From assembly GCA_047651235.1 (NCBI GenBank), contig CP178758.1:1290001-1322000 (forward strand): DNA of 32,000 nt, given 5' to 3'. The notes under the pieces were generated by a model. The model did no database searches, was not told where the DNA came from, and saw only the letters and a list, made by a program, of their open reading frames with translations. Below, piece by piece: positions 25,204-32,000 of this stretch; position 1 is the stretch's first letter, and every line of letters begins with the position of its first letter. The position numbers and the translations under genes are program-made. Source of the DNA: Candidatus Electrothrix yaqonensis. GTDB lineage: Bacteria > Desulfobacterota > Desulfobulbia > Desulfobulbales > Desulfobulbaceae.

Positions 25204-27282
25204 CTACCCCTGCTCGACATGCATCCGGGAAATATCCCCGATCTGCAGGACAAGAGCTGCCAGTGCAGTGAGCAGGTTCAAGCGGTTGGCCCGAACCGCC
25301 GGATTTTCATCCATCACCATAACCGCATCAAAAAAACGGTCCACTGGCTTCTTCATGGTCAGCATGGCTGCCAGAGCCTCGCTGTAGGCGCGGCGTTTCA
25401 GCATCGGCTGCACCTGCTCCTGCACAGCAGAGCAGGTGGCGAACAGCTCTTTTTCCGCCTCTTCCGAAAACAAGGCAGCATCAACTGAGGTTTCCTGATT
25501 ATCTTTGATAATATTACGGATCCGCTTGAACGATCCGGCCAGCACGGCAAACTCCTCACTGCTGCGCATACTGTCCAGAGCCTCTATCCGGGCCAGACAG
25601 TCGGTCAGGTCGTCAAACTCCACTGAGGTGGCGGCTTCCACCACTTCCTGCTTTACCCCTGCGGCAATGAAATCATTTTCAAAACGGAGCCTGATAAAGG
25701 CGAGAACCTGTTCAAGGGTATCCTCTGCAGCCTGAATTTTCTCCGCATACCCTGCTAACGCCTGTTCTGCCAGATCAACCAGGGACAGCTGCAGATTCTG
25801 GTGGCGGATAATATTAATCAGACCGAGAGCTAGCCTGCGCTGCCCGAAGGCATCCTTATTGCCGGTAGGCCGTTCGCCGATGGCAAAACAACCGACTATC
25901 GTGTCCATCCGATCCGCCAAGCCTACCAGCGCGCCGAGCAGCGATTCGGGCAGCGTACCACCGGCGCGGGTCGGCAGATAATGCTCATACACAGCATCTG
26001 CAACAGCCGGTTTCTCGCCGTCAACCAAGGCATAATCCCGACCGATAACACCCTGCAAAGAGGGAAATTCACCTACCATCTCGGTGAGCAGATCAGCTTT
26101 GGCCAGCTGTGCCGCCCGTTCGGCATCCTCCTGCAGTTCCGGGGCAAGTCGGTCAGCAAGAAAGGCGGCCAGTCGGCTGATCCGCTGACTTTTTTCCGCC
26201 ATTGTTCCCAGCTTATGCTGGAAAATGATTCCGGACAGCCCGTCTACCCTGCTGGCCAGAGTTCTCTTCTTATCTTCGTTAAAGAAAAACAGGGCATCTT
26301 CCAGGCGGGCCCGGAGAACACGCTGATGGCCGTTGACTGCTAACCCCTTGTCGGCGATATTGGTATTATTGACCGCAACAAAATAGGGCAGCAGGGCACC
26401 ATCTCCTCCTGCCACCGGGAAATACTTCTGATGCTCGCGCATGGAGGTGATCAGTACCTCATCCGGCAGGGCGAGAAATTTTTCATCAAAGCTGCCGCAC
26501 ACGCCCCAGGGAATTTCCACCAGATTGGTGACCGTATCAATCAGCCCGTCATCCAGCAGAGGCGTACCAGCTGTGCCTACCTGTTCGGCAACAGCCTGCT
26601 GCACCTTCTCGATGACCAGATTCCGCCGCTGTTCCTGATCAACCACTACCATTTTGTCGGCCAGCTGCTGCTGATACTGGTCAAAATTTTCTACCTGCAC
26701 CGGATCCGGACTCATAAAACGGTGGCCCAGGGTGGTGTTATCGGCCTGCACGCCCTCCACCGTCAAATCAACCACCTTACCGTTGTATAAAGCGAGCAGC
26801 CACTGCAGCGGACGGGCAAAGGTCAGGCTGTTGTCTGCCCAGCGCATGGACTTGGAAAAAGGAATCGAACGCAGCAGATCGGTCAGCAGGTCAGGCAGCA
26901 GATCCCCGGTTTCCCGACCGCTGATCTCCTCCACCGCCATCAGGTACTCACCCTTCTTTGTTTCAACAACCTGCAGGTCCTCCACCGCCACGCCTCTGGA
27001 ACGGGCAAATCCCTGAGCCGCCCTGGTGGGATTGCCGTCCGCAGCAAAGGCGGCCTTTTTCGCCGGACCGATATGCTCCTGACGCCGGTTTTCCTGGCGC
27101 TCCTGGAGATCATCGACTGCCAGGGTTAGACGACGCGGCGTACCTGCGGTACGGACTCTGCCGAACCGCAGACCGAGTTCGCTCAGCTTGGTCTGACAGG
27201 TCTGTTCCATAAAGGCAAGTGCAGGTTGGATATATCCTGCCGGAATTTCCTCTGTTCCTATTTCAAAAAGCAGTTGTGTCAT
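25204..27282 (-). CDS. glyS: glycine--tRNA ligase beta subunit
   Basis: MTQLLFEIGTEEIPAGY is the canonical GlyS N-terminus. The protein is 692 aa from ATG 27282. The ORF start at 27324 adds 14 non-homologous residues. Confidence 0.95.
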   Translation of the reverse strand: MTQLLFEIGTEEIPAGYIQPALAFMEQTCQTKLSELGLRFGRVRTAGTPRRLTLAVDDLQERQENRRQEHIGPAKKAAFAADGNPTRAAQGFARSRGVAVEDLQVVETKKGEYLMAVEEISGRETGDLLPDLLTDLLRSIPFSKSMRWADNSLTFARPLQWLLALYNGKVVDLTVEGVQADNTTLGHRFMSPDPVQVENFDQYQQQLADKMVVVDQEQRRNLVIEKVQQAVAEQVGTAGTPLLDDGLIDTVTNLVEIPWGVCGSFDEKFLALPDEVLITSMREHQKYFPVAGGDGALLPYFVAVNNTNIADKGLAVNGHQRVLRARLEDALFFFNEDKKRTLASRVDGLSGIIFQHKLGTMAEKSQRISRLAAFLADRLAPELQEDAERAAQLAKADLLTEMVGEFPSLQGVIGRDYALVDGEKPAVADAVYEHYLPTRAGGTLPESLLGALVGLADRMDTIVGCFAIGERPTGNKDAFGQRRLALGLINIIRHQNLQLSLVDLAEQALAGYAEKIQAAEDTLEQVLAFIRLRFENDFIAAGVKQEVVEAATSVEFDDLTDCLARIEALDSMRSSEEFAVLAGSFKRIRNIIKDNQETSVDAALFSEEAEKELFATCSAVQEQVQPMLKRRAYSEALAAMLTMKKPVDRFFDAVMVMDENPAVRANRLNLLTALAALVLQIGDISRMHVEQG

Positions 27283-27423
27283 TTGTATTTGTTTCAGATA
27301 GTAAGACGCAAAACGGGGTGGCATGAGGAGACAGCGGACTCAGGCGTTGTCCGTCTGCACACAAGGATGCCTATGATTTTTTCGGCGTATTCAAATGAAA
27401 GGAAGTATTTTGTCAGAAGAAAG

Positions 27424-27987
27424 CTAATCTAAAACGAAATATCCCAGTATTACTAACAATATCAACATACCCCGTGAGTATCTACGTACTGCGATCTCTG
27501 AAGGAATTGTCGGATGATCACGCAGTTTTTTTCTAAGGCAATTTACAAGTACAAACCAAGATATCCAGAAAACCAGACTAAAAAAAACGAAGCCCTTAGC
27601 CCGGTCTATTGCAGCTTCATTACATAGTGTATTATTTAAAATATCATTTTTTTTCTTCTCTGAAATTCCTTTTATGACATCACATAAGATGCTGGAAAAA
27701 TTTTTCTTACCTTGTATAGTTAAATCCTTTAATCTCTCTATGAGAAGAGAGGCTTCATTTTTTGACAAATTACCTTCTAACCTCATTATTCTTACTGAAT
27801 CTTCAGTTACCTTATATTTTTTTGAAAAAGTGATGAAATCTTGTTCGGTTGATATCACCCAACCAACTATGATAATAAACAAAGTAACGCCCCAACCTAA
27901 CAACTTTATAAGGTTGTCTCGATACCAGACTGATATTTCATCAAGTTCAGATTCCGTATCTTTTTTTTGATTATCGCAAGAAGTCAT
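27424..27987 (-). CDS. hypothetical 3-TM membrane protein, low-GC orphan
   Basis: 187 aa. TM segments are LLGWGVTLFIIIVGWVI, FVFFSLVFWISWFVLVNCL and MLILLVILGYFVL, with a ~95-aa Lys/Glu-rich loop. A sampled line gives ~30% G+C. No family recognised. Confidence 0.55.
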   Translation of the reverse strand: MTSCDNQKKDTESELDEISVWYRDNLIKLLGWGVTLFIIIVGWVISTEQDFITFSKKYKVTEDSVRIMRLEGNLSKNEASLLIERLKDLTIQGKKNFSSILCDVIKGISEKKKNDILNNTLCNEAAIDRAKGFVFFSLVFWISWFVLVNCLRKKLRDHPTIPSEIAVRRYSRGMLILLVILGYFVLD

Positions 27988-28114
27988 TTTTTTCTTTTCC
28001 GTGAGATGTCGATAGCGAAATTTTCCTGTTGGGTTGGGGTATCAAGCTGGCTGCTCAAGATACGACGCCGCAATACTGAATATCCAGTTCAGCGCATCAA
28101 ATATCTCCCGCAGG

Positions 28115-28786
28115 TTAACTGCTCTCCACCGTGGCAAAGGTGGAGCAGCCGTCAGCAAGATTCTCTACCTCAACCCGGAACCAGCTAATAGCTGCAGCGT
28201 CCTTCAGCGCATCACCGAGCTGGCCGCACAGCGATTCAACAGACGGAGAAAGCCCTCCACCGGCAGCTACGGCCTGCCGCACAAGGCCGATCAGTTCTTC
28301 CAGCCAGATAAATTCATTAAAGCGCACTGCCACCCGGACATACCCCCAACGGCCCATAGACTGCGGCAGCGTGACAGGCACGTTCAGTTCCATCACCAGA
28401 TCATCGCATTCCTTCAGCGAGCCATGCATACGGCATTCATACCGCTCCGTACCCGTACAGCCCTCTGCAGTGCGCTCAATAAAATAGGGAAAACGCACCT
28501 CAAGATGGGCGGCTTCGGCATCAAGCCGCTCCTTCATCTCCAAGAGGATATCGTGGAATTTCCGCAGATTGAATTCACCGTGAAACCTGTTCAGAATCTC
28601 GACAAAACGGCTCATATGCGTGCCTTTGAACCGGTGCGGCAGGTTCACATACATATCAACCGTGGCCACTGTATGCTGCAGCTTCTTGCTGCGGTCCAGG
28701 ACAGTTATGGGATAGGAAATCGTCTTGACGCCGACTTTGCGGATACTGATACGGCGGTCATCCCGAAGGTTCTGAATATCTTTCAT
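28115..28786 (-). CDS. FolE2/MptA-family (GTP cyclohydrolase IB-like, T-fold) protein, atypically short and lacking canonical active-site motifs
   Basis: The N-terminal half is clearly FolE2-like (DIQNLRDDRRISIRKVGVKTISYPITV...KGTHMSRFVEIL...RFPYF). Where the family has [17 protein letters not shown] and ENxESIHNHxA, this protein reads PVTLPQSMGRWGYVRV and ENLADGCSTFA. Confidence 0.65.
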   Translation of the reverse strand: MKDIQNLRDDRRISIRKVGVKTISYPITVLDRSKKLQHTVATVDMYVNLPHRFKGTHMSRFVEILNRFHGEFNLRKFHDILLEMKERLDAEAAHLEVRFPYFIERTAEGCTGTERYECRMHGSLKECDDLVMELNVPVTLPQSMGRWGYVRVAVRFNEFIWLEELIGLVRQAVAAGGGLSPSVESLCGQLGDALKDAAAISWFRVEVENLADGCSTFATVESS

Positions 28787-28889
28787 CGCGGAAGCCGACC
28801 GTCAGAGAACAGCCGGAACAGTGGGGGGAGCAGAAGCCAAAATGGCATCCGGAAAAAATATTCCGGCAAGCAACTCCTGCTCAGTCAAT

Positions 28890-29249
28890 TCAGTCAAGAT
28901 ACTTATGCACAGCCGCTTTCAGTTCATCCGTATTGGCCGACTTGACAATATACTCATCCGAGGCCCAGGCCCCGAAATCCTCTTTGTATTCCGGATAGGC
29001 TGAACTGAGGATGATCGGCAGCTCACTGTTGATGGCCTTCATCTGGCGCAGCACCTCAATCCCGTTCATGCCGGGCATATTGATATCCAGAATGACCAAG
29101 TCAGGCGGGGTATCCCCGAAGACAGCCAATGCTTGCTCACCGTTATGTGCGACCTCAACTGCAAATCCTTCCTCTTCGATTTCTTCTCTGTATAACAGAA
29201 GAATACTCTCCTCATCATCAACAAGCAGCACTTTTTTTTGCTCTTCCAT
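28890..29249 (-). CDS. single-domain CheY-like response regulator
   Basis: MEEQKKVLLVDDEESI...DLVILDINMPGMNG...SSAYPEYK. SD AGGAGG precedes ATG 29249. Confidence 0.85.
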   Translation of the reverse strand: MEEQKKVLLVDDEESILLLYREEIEEEGFAVEVAHNGEQALAVFGDTPPDLVILDINMPGMNGIEVLRQMKAINSELPIILSSAYPEYKEDFGAWASDEYIVKSANTDELKAAVHKYLD

Positions 29250-29274
29250 GATATTGTCCTCCTGCAGCTTTTTC

Positions 29275-30276
29275 TTATATGTCAACCTGACGTAAATACC
29301 GACAGGCATCTTCCGGAGGCATCGGGTTGATATAGAAGCCTGTTCCCCACTCAAATCCGGCAACGTTGGTCAGTTTGGGCATGATTTCAAAATGCCAGTG
29401 ATAGTACTCAAGCGGAGCGGACCGGAGCGGCCGGGTATGAAGAACAAAATTATAAGGAATGCCGGGGATACAGGCATCAAGCCGTCTGAGCGTTTCAGAG
29501 AAAATGCGGGTCAGCGCGGATAATGAGGTTTCATCCTGCTCGATATAGGAAGAATGATGTTTTTTCGGCAGTATCCACATTTCAAACGGCGTCCTCGGGG
29601 CAAACGGAGCCACAGTGACAAACAGTTCATTTTCGCAGACCAACCGGATATTCTGCTGCACTTCCTGACGGATAATATCGCAGAAAATGCAGCGGTCTTT
29701 ATACTCGTAATAGGATTTACTTCCTGCCAGTTCAGTTGTCAGCATCCTGGGCATGACCGGGAGAGCCACCAGCTGAGAGTGAGAGTGCTCAAGGGAGGCT
29801 CCGGCAGCTCTGCCGTTATTTTTGAACACCATCACGTAGGTGAACCGTTTGTCCTGGCCCAGATCTCGGATACGCTCCTGAAAGGCCCTGAGGGTAAGCA
29901 GCATCTGCTCATGCGGCAGATAAGCAAACTGAACCGCATGGTCAGGGCTTTCGATCACAACTTCATGGGCCCCGATCCCGTTCATACGGTCATAGAGCCC
30001 TTCTCCTTGCTTATCCAGTTCTCCTTCAATCACCAAAGCCGGATATTTATTGGGCACAACCCGCAGTTTCCAGCCGGATGAATTCGGCGGTCTGTGCGGG
30101 TCACGACCGTACACCAGCACCTCACCAGGAGTCGTCTTTTCATTTTCCGGACAGAGAGGACAGAAGCCGCCTATGACCACAGGCTGATCAACAGCAAAGT
30201 CAGTCGGACGTTTGCTCCGCTCCCTGGCAATAATGATCCAGCGACCGAGAATAGGGTCTTTCCGTAATTCAGGCAT
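29275..30276 (-). CDS. galT: GalT-family HIT nucleotidyltransferase (galactose-1-phosphate uridylyltransferase / ADP-glucose phosphorylase-like)
   Basis: ELRKDPILGRWIIIARERSKRPTDF. Zinc motif CPLCPENE. Active-site HSHSQL (the HxHxQ motif). Confidence 0.8.
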   Translation of the reverse strand: MPELRKDPILGRWIIIARERSKRPTDFAVDQPVVIGGFCPLCPENEKTTPGEVLVYGRDPHRPPNSSGWKLRVVPNKYPALVIEGELDKQGEGLYDRMNGIGAHEVVIESPDHAVQFAYLPHEQMLLTLRAFQERIRDLGQDKRFTYVMVFKNNGRAAGASLEHSHSQLVALPVMPRMLTTELAGSKSYYEYKDRCIFCDIIRQEVQQNIRLVCENELFVTVAPFAPRTPFEMWILPKKHHSSYIEQDETSLSALTRIFSETLRRLDACIPGIPYNFVLHTRPLRSAPLEYYHWHFEIMPKLTNVAGFEWGTGFYINPMPPEDACRYLRQVDI

Positions 30277-30639
30277 TTATCTTCCGAAGTTTCTTTCCCG
30301 CTGTTCCTGGGCAATTTTGCAGTCAATGCAGAAGCTCGCCACCGGTCGGGCTTCCAGACGCTTAAGAGCAATCGGTTCCTCACATTCAGCACAAGTGCCG
30401 TAGGTACCGTTATCAATCCGGGCAATGGCCTGTTCGATTTTATCCAGCAGTTTCCGTTCTCTGCTGCGCAGACGCAGCTCAAATTCCCGGTCCGACTCAA
30501 TGGTGGCCCGGTCATTCGGATCCGGAATATTACCGTTATGACTGATCATATCCGTAAGGGTCTGCTCGACATCCGAGATTATTTCTCCCCGCATCCCCTC
30601 AAGCTGTTCCCGAAATTTCTGCAGTTGTTCCTTTTTCAT
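30277..30639 (-). CDS. dksA: DksA/TraR-family C4 zinc-finger regulator
   Basis: DPNDRATIESDREFELRLRSRERKLLDKIEQAIARIDNGTYGTCAECEEPI...FCIDC. ATG 30639 with SD GGAG is preferred over the TTG at 30654. Confidence 0.8.
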   Translation of the reverse strand: MKKEQLQKFREQLEGMRGEIISDVEQTLTDMISHNGNIPDPNDRATIESDREFELRLRSRERKLLDKIEQAIARIDNGTYGTCAECEEPIALKRLEARPVASFCIDCKIAQEQRERNFGR

Positions 30640-30654
30640 CCTTTGATTCTCCAA

Positions 30655-31140
30655 TTACCGACCGTGCCGACTGTAATTGCCGCTCCTGCCGCCGCTCTTG
30701 CTGATCAGGCGGATGCCGGAAATCTCCATTCCCTTATCCACAGCCTTGCACATATCGTAGATAGTCAAGGCTGCAACAGAAACTGCTGTCAAAGCCTCCA
30801 TCTCCACCCCGGTTCGACCGACAATGCCGACAGAGGCTTCAATGCCGACCGTGCTGCTGTGATCATCAAAAGTAAACGCAACATCCGCTTTGGTGATAGC
30901 CAGAGGATGACAGAGCGGAATCAGCGCATCAACCTTTTTGGCCGCCATGATTCCGGCAATCCGCGCAACCCCGATGACATCCCCTTTCTTCATGGTTCCG
31001 GCGCGCACCATAGCATACGCCGAGGGCGTCATGGAAATCCGCCCTGCCGCTACAGCGACCCGTTCAGTTGCCTGTTTGGTGCCGACATCCACCATACGGG
31101 CATTACCGGCAGCATCAAAATGGGTCAGTTCCTGTGCCAT
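30655..31140 (-). CDS. moaC: cyclic pyranopterin monophosphate synthase
   Basis: 161 aa. [27 protein letters not shown]...IPLCHPL...[21 protein letters not shown] is the canonical MoaC sequence. Confidence 0.95.
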   Translation of the reverse strand: MAQELTHFDAAGNARMVDVGTKQATERVAVAAGRISMTPSAYAMVRAGTMKKGDVIGVARIAGIMAAKKVDALIPLCHPLAITKADVAFTFDDHSSTVGIEASVGIVGRTGVEMEALTAVSVAALTIYDMCKAVDKGMEISGIRLISKSGGRSGNYSRHGR

Positions 31141-31187
31141 GATAAAATCATTCTATCGCAAATCAATACATCTGAACAGCCGGAAAA

Positions 31188-32000
31188 TTACACAACCTTA
31201 TCCTTTTCCCGGTTTTTAAAATGGCCGTGAAACATTCTGGAGAAAAATCCCTCCTCCTCAGCTGCACATTGCGCATCAAATTCCCGCAGCAGCTCTTTCT
31301 GCTTTTTACTCAGACCGGTCGGAGTCCGGACCTGCACCTCCACAATCATATCTCCCGGACGCCCGCCACGCAGCCCGATCACCCCCTCACCCGGCAGGGT
31401 AAGCCGTTCACCGGACTGGGTTCCGGCTTTGATCTTCAGTTCGGCCGAACCATTGATTGTCGGTACATCCACTTCGCAGCCCAGAGCTGCTTTGACCATG
31501 GAAATAGGATAGCGCAGATAAATTGTCCGACCATCCCGGATGAAATACTCGTGCTCCTGCACATGAATAATCACATACAGGTCACCAGCGCGACCGCCGC
31601 GACGACCGCCCTCCCCTTCCCCGGTCAGACGCATTCTGGAACCGGTATCAACCCCTGCGGGAATTTTGAGGACCACCTTTTTCTTTTTGTTGACCAGCCC
31701 TTCACCGTTACAGTCGGTACACGGTTCAGAGACAATCTGGCCGGAGCCATGACACTGAGGACAGGTGGAGCTGACCTGAAAAAATCCCTGGGAGCGGATC
31801 ACCTGGCCCCGGCCCTGACAGGTGGGGCAGGTCTGCGGCGCATAACCGGGACGCGCTCCTGATCCCTCACAGGTCCAGCAGGTCTCAGGTTTGGTGATTT
31901 CAACTTCCTTTTCTATGCCGTGCACAGCATCCATAAAGGAGAGCTCCAGGTCATACCGCAAGTCATTCCCCTGGACCGGTCCATTCGGGTCCCGCCGGGA
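31188..32000 (-). CDS. dnaJ: molecular chaperone DnaJ (type I), N-terminus outside window
   Basis: The frame is open to base 32000 (...GNDLRYDLELSFMDAVHG). Four CxxCxGxG zinc-finger repeats are present (CWTCEGSG, CPTCQGRG, CPQCHGSG, CTDCNGEG), followed by the C-terminal substrate domains. Confidence 0.95.
   Translation of the reverse strand, partial: SRRDPNGPVQGNDLRYDLELSFMDAVHGIEKEVEITKPETCWTCEGSGARPGYAPQTCPTCQGRGQVIRSQGFFQVSSTCPQCHGSGQIVSEPCTDCNGEGLVNKKKKVVLKIPAGVDTGSRMRLTGEGEGGRRGGRAGDLYVIIHVQEHEYFIRDGRTIYLRYPISMVKAALGCEVDVPTINGSAELKIKAGTQSGERLTLPGEGVIGLRGGRPGDMIVEVQVRTPTGLSKKQKELLREFDAQCAAEEEGFFSRMFHGHFKNREKDKVV

Noticed and set aside
27283-27324. 14-aa N-terminal extension of glyS (MPPRFASYYLKQIQ)
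   Set aside because: GlyS orthologues start at M(T/K)xLLFEIGTEE, and ATG 27282 matches this exactly.
28034-28945. 303-aa plus-strand ORF
   Set aside because: It is antisense to the FolE2-like gene and the CheY-like gene, both of which have clear family motifs. Its product is Arg/Pro/Ser-rich with no recognisable motif. This is a typical shadow ORF.

Overview
This is a 32-kb chromosomal segment of roughly 50% G+C (judged by eye). From gene content I infer a Desulfobulbales-like deltaproteobacterium: it has a tetrahaem cytochrome c3, system II cytochrome c maturation genes and a sigma-54 two-component pair. Most of the window is housekeeping: SulP permease, tatC, NtrC-type regulator plus PAS histidine kinase, murA, an RmlD-like SDR, a LivK-like binding protein, a metal permease, a radical SAM gene, rnc, tRNA-Cys, thpR, gltA, a YfcH-like SDR, resB-ccsA-cytochrome c3, glyS, and a tightly packed dnaJ-moaC-dksA-galT-like-cheY-like cluster. 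I did not find a convincing multi-gene novel system. The parts worth a second look are as follows. (1) A low-GC islet at about 19.46-21.9 kb carries a membrane-anchored protein with three ChW-like repeats, an intact HepT toxin next to an MntA antitoxin that has lost its catalytic core, and a PIN-gene fragment. (2) A monocistronic PR-1/CAP-domain protein of eukaryote-like type has no signal peptide, an unplaced N-terminal domain and a sigma-54-like promoter. (3) A second low-GC orphan membrane gene sits directly upstream of glyS, where glyQ is normally found. (4) A FolE2-family protein lacks the canonical metal-ligand motifs. (5) tatC is frameshifted in a 9-nt homopolymer. (6) A small signal-peptide ORF is translationally coupled to the rnc-linked radical SAM gene. 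All family assignments come from motif recognition by eye. No database search was run.
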